From positions 1 through 58,551 of the forward strand of contig JACQQA010000008.1 in the NCBI GenBank assembly GCA_016207245.1: a DNA stretch of 58,551 bases, written 5' to 3'. The notes beneath the pieces were generated by a model. It was given only the letters and a program-made list of their open reading frames with translations. It ran no database searches and was not told where the DNA came from. Below are positions 49,962-58,551 of the stretch, in pieces (position 1 is the first letter of the stretch; each line of letters starts with the position of its first letter). The stretch comes from Candidatus Magasanikiibacteriota bacterium. Its GTDB lineage: Bacteria; Patescibacteriota; Patescibacteriia; Magasanikbacterales; UBA922. Both the position numbers and the translations under genes were made by a program.

Positions 49962-50918
49962 TTGAATGTGAACACTTCGCTTCCGTTCAGACTTGACCTT
50001 GTCCTTGACGGGACGAAGGTCAACTGCCCCGCCGCGGAACGGCGCGTCGCAGAGATCGGCACTCGCCGGTCGTTCAAGAAGGAGGCTCAAGTGGCGGCGC
50101 TTTTGCGCGCCGTCCAGTGCATGGACCTGACCACGCTCGCTGGCGATGACACGCCCGGCCGCGTGGACAGGCTGTGCGCCAAGGCTCTCCGGCCGGTCAG
50201 GCAGGAGATCCTCAACGAGCTCGGCTTGTCCGAGCTCAACCTCACTGTGGGAGCTGTCTGCGTCTATCACGCGCAGGTGGCCGAAGCAGTGAATCGGCTC
50301 CGTGGTGCGATTCCGGTGGCCGCGGTCTCTACTTCGTTCCCTGATGGTCAGGGACCGATGGAAACGCGACTCGCGGAGATCAAGGCGTCAATCAGCGCTG
50401 GCGCGACCGAGATCGACATCGTAATTGAGCGCGGTCTGGCTCTCACCGGCAAATGGCAGGCGCTCTACGATCAGATCCGCGCCTACCGCGATGCCTGCGG
50501 CGACAAAGCCCACCTCAAGACCATTCTCGGAACCGGAAATTTGGGCACGCTCACCTGCGTGGCCCAGGCATCGGCAGTGGCCATCATGGCCGGCGCTGAT
50601 TTCATCAAGACGTCCACTGGCAAGGAAGGCACGAACGCCACCCTGCCGGTGAGCCTCACGATGGTGCGGCAGATCCGCCGTTTCCAGACCGAGGTGGATT
50701 CTGGCCGACGCATCGGGTTCAAGCCCGCCGGCGGTATCAAAACCGCCAAAGACGCCATGCTCTGGCTCTCCCTCATGTTGGAGGAACTCGGAGAAGAGTG
50801 GACGCATCCGGAGCTGTTCCGCTTCGGCGCGAGTTCGCTTCTCACGGATCTGGAACTCCAACTCGAGCACTGCGCAACCGGGAAATACGCGGCCGTCAAC
50901 CACCAGCCTCTCGCATAG
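49962..50918 (+). CDS. deoC: Deoxyribose-phosphate aldolase (long type)
   Basis: DLTTLAGDDT, EIDIVI, FIKTSTGK, FKPAGGI, RFGASSLL; start approximate (SD AAGGAGG). Confidence 0.93.
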   Translation: MNVNTSLPFRLDLVLDGTKVNCPAAERRVAEIGTRRSFKKEAQVAALLRAVQCMDLTTLAGDDTPGRVDRLCAKALRPVRQEILNELGLSELNLTVGAVCVYHAQVAEAVNRLRGAIPVAAVSTSFPDGQGPMETRLAEIKASISAGATEIDIVIERGLALTGKWQALYDQIRAYRDACGDKAHLKTILGTGNLGTLTCVAQASAVAIMAGADFIKTSTGKEGTNATLPVSLTMVRQIRRFQTEVDSGRRIGFKPAGGIKTAKDAMLWLSLMLEELGEEWTHPELFRFGASSLLTDLELQLEHCATGKYAAVNHQPLA

Positions 50919-50940
50919 CGAGGTAGAAAGGAAAAAGCTA

Positions 50941-53322
50941 ATGGACGCGGAAAAAATTCGCGGCTACCTCGGAAAGCTGGACTACGATCCGGCTCCCGAG
51001 GATGCCAAGCAGGCCAAGAAATGGCTTAAGGAACATGCCCCTTTCGGTCACTTCATCAACGGCGACTGGTACGTTCCAGCCGACGGCAGTTTCCCCACCA
51101 ACAACCCGGCCACTGGCGAGCAACTCGCCAAGGTGGCGATGGGCTCTCCGGAGCACGTAGACTTGGCTGTGAAAGCCGCAGCCGACGCTTTCCCGAAGTG
51201 GAAAGCGTTCTCAGGTTTCGATCGGGCTCGGTTTCTCTACGCCATCGCCCGCGCCATTGCCAAGCACTCGCGGCTCTTCGCAGTGCTGGAGAGCATGAAC
51301 AACGGCAAGACCATTCGCGAAACTCGCGACGTGGACATTCCGCTGGTGATTCGTCACTTCTACGCGCACGCCGGCTGGGCATCGGTCATGGAGCAGGAGT
51401 TCCTTGGCTGCGCGCCGGGCGGGGTAGTTGCCGCGATCATTCCGTGGAACTTCCCTCTGCTCATGCTCGCGTGGAAAGTCGCGCCTGCGATCGCGGCCGG
51501 TAACACCGTGGTTCTCAAACCAGCGGAGACGACTCCGCTCACAGCTTTGCTGTTCGCGGATATTCTCAACGAGGTCGGTCTTCCTCCGGGTGTCGTCAAC
51601 ATCGTAACCGGTGATGGCACGACCGGAGAGGCGCTCGTAAGACATCCTACCCCGTGGAAGATCGCTTTCACGGGCTCTACCGAAGTCGGCCAGCTCATTC
51701 GCCGGGCCACGGCCGGCTCTGGCAAGCATCTCACCATGGAACTCGGCGGCAAGAGCCCGTTCATCGTCTTTCCTGACGCTGATCTGGACTCAGTCGTAGA
51801 AGGCGTCGTAGATGCCATCTTCTTCAACCAGGGGCACGTCTGCTGTGCCGGTAGCCGCCTCCTTGTCCATGAAAGCATCGTCGAGCGCTTCATCTCCAGG
51901 CTCAAGCGTCGGATGGGGAGACTTCGCATCGGCGATCCGCTGGACAAGTGTACTGATATCGGAGCCATCAATTCCGAGGCTCAATACAAAAAAATTCAGG
52001 ACCTCATCTTGAAGGGCAAGAGCGAGGGCGCGACCTGCTGGCAGCCGGACTGTTCTCCCCCGGACGGCGGTTTCTTCATTCCGCCGACCCTCTTCACTGA
52101 TGTGCAACCGTCAAACACCATCGCGCAAACGGAAATCTTCGGTCCGGTGCTGGCGGCCATGACTTTCCGCACTCCGGATGATGCGGTGGCGCTCGTCAAC
52201 AACACTCCGTATGGACTGGCCGCTTCGGTCTGGACTACGGATACCGGCACCGCGCTGGACATGGCCAAGCGCGTCAAGGCCGGGACAGTCTGGGTTAATT
52301 CTCACAACCTGTTTGACGCGGCCGCGCCATTCGGCGGGTACCGCATGAGCGGGTTTGGACGCGAGGGCGGTCGCGATGGTTTCCGCGACATGCTCTTGGA
52401 AAAAACCCCGCCGTTCCAATCATTTGAAACTGCTTCTGTTCCAGTTCCTCCTGCTACCGTCACGTCTTCCCCGCCTGTAACTATCGATCGGACATACCGA
52501 TTCCTGGTGGGCGGGAAACTCGTCCGTCCCGATGGCGGCGCAAGCTACCACGTATACGGCAAGGACCGAGCCATTCTCGGCACGGTCGGCGCCGCGAATC
52601 GCAAGGATGTGCGCAACGCGGTTCAGGCAGCTCGCGCAGCTGCGGACTCCTGGGCCAATCAGTCCGCTCACCTGCGGGCGCAGATTCTCTTTTTCCTGGC
52701 CGAGAATATGGCAAACGAGCGGGAACGTTTCATCGCTTGTCTCATCAGCGCTGGAATCTCTCGCTTGCACGCAGAGCACGAACTGACAGACTCGATTGAG
52801 CGGCTGTTCTACTGGGCCGGGTACGCGGACAAGTTCGGCGGAGAAATTCAGTCAGTTCCCGGCCGTCTTTTCGTCACCACAACCAACGAGCCGATCGGCG
52901 TTTTGTGTCTGCGGGCTCCGGATGAGCAAGCGCTTCTCGGTTTCGTATCGCTCGTTGCTCCGGCAATCGCTATGGGTAACACTGTAGTGGTTGTTCCGGG
53001 CATTCAGCCCTTGCCCGCGCTGGATTTGCTCCAGGTCATTCAACATTCGGATGTGCCGGCCGGAGCGGTCAACATCCTCACTGCCGAAGACCCTGATGCG
53101 CTCGCGAAGCTACTCGCCGAACACATGGATGTTGACGGCGTTTGGTCGTTCGGCACTACCGAGGGTTCGGTCGAGGTTGAGAAAGCCTCGGCCCACAACA
53201 TGAAGCGCACGTGGGTCAACTACGGTCAGCGCTTTGATTGGTCAGGCTCGTGGGGCAGGAGCAAGCGCTTTCTCTACGAGGCCACGCAGGCCAAAACTAT
53301 CTGGGTTCCGTTCGGAGCCTAG
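50941..53322 (+). CDS. Two-domain (ALDH16-like) aldehyde dehydrogenase
   Basis: PWNFP, FTGSTEVG, MELGGKS, VCCAG, EIFGPV plus a second Rossmann-like domain. Confidence 0.9.
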   Translation: MDAEKIRGYLGKLDYDPAPEDAKQAKKWLKEHAPFGHFINGDWYVPADGSFPTNNPATGEQLAKVAMGSPEHVDLAVKAAADAFPKWKAFSGFDRARFLYAIARAIAKHSRLFAVLESMNNGKTIRETRDVDIPLVIRHFYAHAGWASVMEQEFLGCAPGGVVAAIIPWNFPLLMLAWKVAPAIAAGNTVVLKPAETTPLTALLFADILNEVGLPPGVVNIVTGDGTTGEALVRHPTPWKIAFTGSTEVGQLIRRATAGSGKHLTMELGGKSPFIVFPDADLDSVVEGVVDAIFFNQGHVCCAGSRLLVHESIVERFISRLKRRMGRLRIGDPLDKCTDIGAINSEAQYKKIQDLILKGKSEGATCWQPDCSPPDGGFFIPPTLFTDVQPSNTIAQTEIFGPVLAAMTFRTPDDAVALVNNTPYGLAASVWTTDTGTALDMAKRVKAGTVWVNSHNLFDAAAPFGGYRMSGFGREGGRDGFRDMLLEKTPPFQSFETASVPVPPATVTSSPPVTIDRTYRFLVGGKLVRPDGGASYHVYGKDRAILGTVGAANRKDVRNAVQAARAAADSWANQSAHLRAQILFFLAENMANERERFIACLISAGISRLHAEHELTDSIERLFYWAGYADKFGGEIQSVPGRLFVTTTNEPIGVLCLRAPDEQALLGFVSLVAPAIAMGNTVVVVPGIQPLPALDLLQVIQHSDVPAGAVNILTAEDPDALAKLLAEHMDVDGVWSFGTTEGSVEVEKASAHNMKRTWVNYGQRFDWSGSWGRSKRFLYEATQAKTIWVPFGA

Positions 53323-53443
53323 AGCGATAGCGTTCTTTTTCGTTGAGTGCGGACAACAATATTCATAGGGAGGTAAGGAGGGATTCTGTAGCCGCACCTA
53401 CAGAACCCAACTTGAAAATATAATTAAATTGTGTTTTCAAGAT

Positions 53444-53477
53444 AAAAAACAATCCGCCGAAGAGGCGGATTGTTTTT
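53444..53477. terminator. Bidirectional terminator/palindrome, inverted copy at 54889-54922
   Basis: aaaaaacaatccgccgaagaggcggattgttttt. Confidence 0.7.
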
Positions 53478-53579
53478 TTATTACACACTATTGATTTATA
53501 TTTTGGTTTATGGTAAAACAAAAAAGCTGGGCAAGTTGTCCAGCGAGTCAAAACAGATAACTACGTGAGGAGGATAACC

Positions 53580-54779
53580 ATGGCAACCGCGCTCGTTCTC
53601 GTGCTCGACGCAGTGGGAATCACCACGCTCGAGTATTTGCTCGATCACTACTCGGGGTCAGTTCATTTTCCCAACCTCTCGCGTCTCGGCTTGGGCACTC
53701 TGCTCGACGAGCGTCATCGCAGTCGCTTCGGTCCGTTTGATGGCGGTTCTTATGCCGCATGTCTGGAACAGGCATCCGCTTCGGCTGACAGCGTGGTCGG
53801 GCACCGCGAGATGATGGGCATCGTGGATGCTCGCATCTACGACCTTTTCCCGGACGGTTTTCCTACTAACTACATCGCGGCGCTGGAAGATCGTATCGGC
53901 CGCAAGACAATGTTCAACCAGATGGCCGGCGGAGTGGAGGCGATTGAGCAGAACGCCGCGGAGCACGCGCGAACCGGCCACCCAATCGCGTACGCGAGCA
54001 TGTGCGATCCGTTGCTCCAGCTTGCGATGGATGAAGCCGTCATTCCGGTTTCGGAACAGCGCCGGATCGCGGACATCGCTCTCGTCTTGGCGCTGGAGAT
54101 GGGAATTCCGATTACTCGGGTCATTGATCGGGCTTTCGTCAAGACGCCGGACGGCGAGTATGTTCGCACCGCCAATCGGCACGACGCGGTCCTGCCGCTT
54201 CCGGGAAGCACACTCGTGGATATTCTGACTGAACGGGGTGTTCGGACAGTCGCTGTTGGCAAAACCAGCGATCTCGTGAATACCGTTTACAGCGAGGAGC
54301 TTCATCTCTCGGCCGTTGACCAAGGGGTTGACCTTCGCTTCGTGCACCCAAAGAAGAAGGACACCAATCCATTCACAATGCAGGGCGTCTTGCACGCTCT
54401 CAACGACGCGCGAAACGACACATTCATCTTCGCGAACTGCGTGGATACTGACGCGCTCTACGGTCACACCCGCGATGTGGACGGCGCCATCCACTGCATT
54501 GAGGAGTGTGACCGCGTTCTGCCGATGATTGAAGCCCGGCTTCAGATGGGCGATCTCCTGATCATAACCGCTGACCACGGCATGGAGCATCGAGCTGACT
54601 ATGGCTACCACAACCGCGAGCCTGTTCCGCTCTTGGTCAAGCGCGTCGGCCGCGGCAAGGATCTCGGCGGAATGGAATTCGGCCAAACTCTAGGTCTGAC
54701 GCAAGTCGGCGATCTCGTGGCGCAGATGTTCGGGTGCGCCGGAGAATTTCGCCGGTCTATTATTAAAATTCCCGCCTGA
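53580..54779 (+). CDS. deoB: Phosphopentomutase-like protein
   Basis: LVLDAVG, DSVVGHRE, NRHD, VGKTSD, DALYGHTRD, TADHG. Confidence 0.82.
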   Translation: MATALVLVLDAVGITTLEYLLDHYSGSVHFPNLSRLGLGTLLDERHRSRFGPFDGGSYAACLEQASASADSVVGHREMMGIVDARIYDLFPDGFPTNYIAALEDRIGRKTMFNQMAGGVEAIEQNAAEHARTGHPIAYASMCDPLLQLAMDEAVIPVSEQRRIADIALVLALEMGIPITRVIDRAFVKTPDGEYVRTANRHDAVLPLPGSTLVDILTERGVRTVAVGKTSDLVNTVYSEELHLSAVDQGVDLRFVHPKKKDTNPFTMQGVLHALNDARNDTFIFANCVDTDALYGHTRDVDGAIHCIEECDRVLPMIEARLQMGDLLIITADHGMEHRADYGYHNREPVPLLVKRVGRGKDLGGMEFGQTLGLTQVGDLVAQMFGCAGEFRRSIIKIPA

Positions 54780-54952
54780 ATCGCTCATTCTCGTTCATCC
54801 AGCCTTTGATCGGATGAGCGCGTAAGCCCATCCGGATCCCTTGGTTGATAAATAATTTGTCAATTGAGGGAGATGGGTTTGCAAAATTAAAAACAGTCCG
54901 CCTCTTCGGCGGATTGTTTTTTGCATTCTGTTATCTGCATTCTGCATCCTGT

Positions 54953-56014
54953 CTAGTTATTCTGCAACTCATTCCGATAGTGATGATCATAAATCGCCAT
55001 TACCGCGACAAATAGCGAGGCGATGACCGGACCGATGACAAATCCGGAAATGCCGAAAAAAAATATTCCGCCCAAAGTTGAGAACAACACCAGCAGAGGA
55101 TGCATTTGAATGTCTCGGCCGACAAGTTTAGGTCTGATGAAATTATCAATCGTGCTGATGACAAAAAATCCGAATAGCAATATCACAAGGCCCTGCCAGA
55201 AATTTCCGAGCGCGAGCATAATAATTCCGGCCGGAAACCAGACAATTGACGGACCGATCGCGGGAATGGTAGCGAAAATAATCATGATTACGCTCCAAAT
55301 CAGCGCGCCTTCAATGCCGGTTGCCCAGAAAAGAATTCCGCCGATAATACCCTGCACCCCGCCGACAATAAATGTGCCTTTTAATGTGGCGCGAGCGGTG
55401 GAGCGGAATTTTTCATACAGCATTATTTCGTGTTCGTCGCCAAGCGGAGAGAGGTGCATGATTTGTTTTAATAATTCCGTTCCGTCTTTTAGAAAATAGA
55501 ATAAAGAGTAGAACATTATAAAGAGCATGAAAATAAATCGCAAAGAATTTTCTGTGATGCTCTTGATATTATTAAATAAGAAAACACTGATGGTCTTTGC
55601 CGCGTCAGCCGCGTAACTGCCCCACTCGCTTTGCACACTGCTTAAAACCGGAGCCAGCGGAGTGTTGTTTAGTTTTTGCGTCGCGTCTTGCAGTTGCGAA
55701 CTGAAATTCCAATGCGATACGGTTTGATAAAGTCCGACGGATTCGTTTATCAGCAAAGTTGAGAGCAGAGTTAGTGGCAGAAAAATTATAATCACCACCA
55801 AAACCAAAGTGGACAAAGCGCTCAAGCTTGGCAGTTTCAAATATTTATCCAGCCGTTCATACAGCGGATGAAACAGCATCGCGATTACCGCGGCCCAGAA
55901 AACCGGGTAAAGAAACGGACGGATAACATAAAGCAACGCGATAGCCAGAATGATTATCAAACTGAAAAAAAAGATATTACGCACGCGGTCAAAGCCGAAT
56001 TTTTCTTTTGACAT
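54953..56014 (-). CDS. AI-2E family transporter
   Basis: YFLKDG, IDNFIRPKLVG, GFVIGP. Confidence 0.92.
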   Translation of the reverse strand: MSKEKFGFDRVRNIFFFSLIIILAIALLYVIRPFLYPVFWAAVIAMLFHPLYERLDKYLKLPSLSALSTLVLVVIIIFLPLTLLSTLLINESVGLYQTVSHWNFSSQLQDATQKLNNTPLAPVLSSVQSEWGSYAADAAKTISVFLFNNIKSITENSLRFIFMLFIMFYSLFYFLKDGTELLKQIMHLSPLGDEHEIMLYEKFRSTARATLKGTFIVGGVQGIIGGILFWATGIEGALIWSVIMIIFATIPAIGPSIVWFPAGIIMLALGNFWQGLVILLFGFFVISTIDNFIRPKLVGRDIQMHPLLVLFSTLGGIFFFGISGFVIGPVIASLFVAVMAIYDHHYRNELQNN

Positions 56015-56234
56015 AATGTTTTGGGATTAGAAATTAGTAGCGATAATTATATTATACCAAACCTACGCTCTTGACACCAGTCAGTAATTATATTATCATA
56101 TCGCCACTACGCACCACGCTGGGTGCATGGCAAGTCTTATTTATCTCTCACTTCCCACACTTTTTCCTGTCCCGGATCACTTCGGGGTTGGCGGGGAGGA
56201 GGCATCCCGCCATGGCGGGATAAAGGAAAAAACT

Positions 56235-56960
56235 ATGATTAAATTACCCAGCATTTTAGAAATGCTGCAGTCCGGCGTCCATTTCGGGCATCAAATTTCA
56301 CGGCGTCATCCCAAGATGGATCCGTATATATTCGGCGAGCGCAACGGCGTTCATGTGATTGATTTGGAAAAGACCCGCGTTAAATTAGAGGAAGTTTTGG
56401 CGACAGTTCAAAAAATGGCAACCGAAGGCAAGATTATTTTATTCGCCAGCACCAAACCGCAAGCGCGCGAGATTGTGAAACAAGCGGCGATTGATTGCGG
56501 TATGCCGTATTTGGTGTCGCGCTGGCTGGGCGGATTGATAACGAATTTTAGCGAGCTAAAAAAATTGATCCAGAAATACAACACGATGAAAACGGAGCAG
56601 GCGAGCGGCGAGTGGGAGAAATATACCAAGAAAGAGCAGATAGATTTCGCGAAAAAATTAGAAACCATGCACGAAACATTAGCCGGGCTTTCCAGCTTGA
56701 CTAAACTTCCCGACGCGCTGTTCATCCCGGCTTTACAGCGAGAAAAAACTGCGGTGGCTGAAGCCAACAAAATGAATGTCGCGATTATCGGCGTGGCTGA
56801 CACCAATGCTAATCCGAACAAAGCGACCTTGGTGATTCCCGCCAATGATGACGCGGTTAACTCTATTAAAATGATCGTTGGATTGGTGGCGGAAGCGATA
56901 AAAGCCGGCAAGGTAGAATGGGAAAAGACGAAGGTGATTGGAGCGATAGCCATAAGGTAA
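56235..56960 (+). CDS. rpsB: 30S ribosomal protein S2
   Basis: GVHFGH, RNGVHVIDL, RWLGG, DTN, PANDD. Confidence 0.96.
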   Translation: MIKLPSILEMLQSGVHFGHQISRRHPKMDPYIFGERNGVHVIDLEKTRVKLEEVLATVQKMATEGKIILFASTKPQAREIVKQAAIDCGMPYLVSRWLGGLITNFSELKKLIQKYNTMKTEQASGEWEKYTKKEQIDFAKKLETMHETLAGLSSLTKLPDALFIPALQREKTAVAEANKMNVAIIGVADTNANPNKATLVIPANDDAVNSIKMIVGLVAEAIKAGKVEWEKTKVIGAIAIR

Positions 56961-57014
56961 GTTTACTAAGTTGGCTAAGTAGCTAAATTATCTAAGTTAA
57001 CCAAGTAAATTTTT

Positions 57015-57662
57015 ATGTCATTTACTGCTTCTGACATCGCGGCGCTTCGCACCAAGACCGGCGCGGGGATGATGGATTGCAAAAAAGCGCTGGATGAATC
57101 TAATGGCGACACCGAGAAGGCGGTGCAGATTTTGCGCGAGAAAGGAATTTTGAAAGCGGCAAAGCGCGCTGATAAAATCGCGGCCGAAGGTTTGGTGACC
57201 AGCTATATCCACGGCGCCGGACGAATTGGCGTTTTGGTTGAAGTAAATTGCGAAACGGATTTTGTCGCCAAAACCGACCAATTCAAGCAATTAGTAAACG
57301 ACATTGCCATGCAGATCGCGGCGGCAAATCCGAAGTATTTGGTTCCAGCCGATGTTTCGGCGCCGGACTTAGAAAAAGAAAAAAATGTTTATCGCGAGCA
57401 GTTGAAAAACGAAGGCAAGCCTATGGAAATGATAGAAAAGATTGTTGAAGGCAAAATGTCAAAATATTATGGCGAAGTTTGTTTGCTGAATCAGCTGTTT
57501 ATTAAAGATGAAACCAAGACCATAGAAAAACTTCTTATTGAAAAGACGGCAGAGATTGGCGAGAAAATTACCGTGCGCCGTTTTGTCAGATTTGAACTCG
57601 GCGAAGGGTTGGAAAAAAAATCTTCCGATTTCGCCAAAGAAGTGGCGGAACAAATGGGATAA
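57015..57662 (+). CDS. tsf: Elongation factor Ts (short form)
   Basis: LRTKTGAGMMDCKKAL, EVNCETDFVA, RRFVRF. Confidence 0.97.
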   Translation: MSFTASDIAALRTKTGAGMMDCKKALDESNGDTEKAVQILREKGILKAAKRADKIAAEGLVTSYIHGAGRIGVLVEVNCETDFVAKTDQFKQLVNDIAMQIAAANPKYLVPADVSAPDLEKEKNVYREQLKNEGKPMEMIEKIVEGKMSKYYGEVCLLNQLFIKDETKTIEKLLIEKTAEIGEKITVRRFVRFELGEGLEKKSSDFAKEVAEQMG

Positions 57663-57704
57663 CAACAGTAGAGCCGCATTGCAATGCGGCTCTACTGTTG
57701 TTAT
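57659..57704. repeat. 46-bp perfect palindrome with GTAG..CTAC REP-like core
   Basis: ataacaacagtagagccgcattg|caatgcggctctactgttgttat. Confidence 0.9.
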
Positions 57705-57716
57705 AATATAGGCACT

Positions 57717-58379
57717 ATGCGCCTATATTTTTGTTTGTGTATCGCGACTTCTTTAATACTTTTTCCCTTAAACGCGGGGTCGGCCTCAATGTCTTCGGAA
57801 AACTTTCAGTTGCAGGTTGATACGGTGGATGTTGGCGGTGATTTGGTTAATTCCACCAACTACCAGATTTCCGGCAGTTTTGGCGAAGCGCCGGGCGTTA
57901 ATGACACGCAGAGCACCAGCACAAATTACATTATTGAGGCCGGATTTCAGGCCGCGGCTTCCGGAGCGGCTTTGTCGGCCACGCTTTCAACCAACTCAGT
58001 GGCTTTGAGTTCCTTATCCACCGGCGCTGTCAACAGCGCCAGCCAGATTTTAACTGTTACCACCAATTCGCCGACAGGATATACAACCACGATTACCGAA
58101 GACGGCAATTTGCGTTCCGGCAGTGATGATATCAATGATGTTTCCGACGGCGCCGTCACTTTGGGCAGTGAAGAATATGGAATCAGCACCTCAGGCGCGG
58201 CCGGGCAGTTTAACAGTACCGACACTTCAATCACCGGCGTTGCTAAAACTATCGCCACCACTTCCACTATCGCTATTAGCGAACAAACAACAATTAGTTA
58301 CAAAGCCGCCATTAGCGGCAGCACAGCCGCCGGTTCTTACGGCCACACGGTTACTTTTACCACTACCGCGAATTATTAA
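57717..58379 (+). CDS. Secreted Ser/Thr-rich beta protein (surface, WxL-like end)
   Basis: Signal peptide; MSSENF, ends AGSYGHTVTFTTTANY. Confidence 0.75.
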   Translation: MRLYFCLCIATSLILFPLNAGSASMSSENFQLQVDTVDVGGDLVNSTNYQISGSFGEAPGVNDTQSTSTNYIIEAGFQAAASGAALSATLSTNSVALSSLSTGAVNSASQILTVTTNSPTGYTTTITEDGNLRSGSDDINDVSDGAVTLGSEEYGISTSGAAGQFNSTDTSITGVAKTIATTSTIAISEQTTISYKAAISGSTAAGSYGHTVTFTTTANY

Positions 58380-58421
58380 AATAAGCTGTAAGAATCGACA
58401 GCGTTGTTTATACTTCTTAAA

Positions 58422-58517
58422 GTCATTGCGAGCCTTCGCAGGCGAAGCAATCCACACCGTTATCGCGTTCCCATGCGATTGCTGGATTGCTTCGTCGCGC
58501 GAGCTCCTCGCAATGAC
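58422..58517. repeat. Inverted pair of GTCATTGCGAG..CGAAGCAATC palindromic elements
   Basis: 58422-58453 and inverted 58477-58517; relatives at 6613-6663 and 36570-36611. Confidence 0.8.
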
Positions 58518-58551
58518 TGATTTGCCACATAAAGCTCATAAAAGTATAAAC

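Noticed and set aside
53658-54686. 342-aa minus-strand ORF and similar ORFs over deoC/aldh
   Set aside because: Antisense shadows of well-supported genes.

Overview
58.5-kb chromosomal window from a bacterium that looks like CPR/Patescibacteria (Parcubacteria-like). This placement is inferred from DUF5667-like surface proteins, short EF-Ts, lamin-tail proteins, and host genes without a Shine-Dalgarno (SD) sequence. The backbone carries xerD-like, nrdJ-pduO, kef, rlmN, epmA-efp, ruvB, trxB-rpe-rpiB, rpsO-NYN-pnp-corA, deoC-aldh-deoB, rpsB-tsf and 10 tRNAs. Four things stand out. (1) A 6.4-kb island is integrated precisely at the CCA end of tRNA-Pro (core CGAC). It carries a candidate uncharacterised 5mC-linked defence operon: Dcm, Vsr, a 71-aa protein, a GHKL ATPase, a 283-aa protein, a DUF6339-like protein and a truncated nuclease-like gene. 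Its attP lies inside the 3' end of the serine recombinase ORF. (2) A decayed diversity-generating retroelement (DGR) remains as a target gene with a variable-region (VR)-like tail and hairpin, followed by an orphan C-terminal reverse transcriptase (RT) fragment. (3) Small palindromic elements, sometimes nested, are inserted in frame in at least eight protein genes and also occur between genes. (4) Inverted 7-9-mer tandem-repeat cassettes are dispersed through the window; one encloses a frameshifted four-helix-bundle gene. All calls come from reading motifs by eye; no searches were run.
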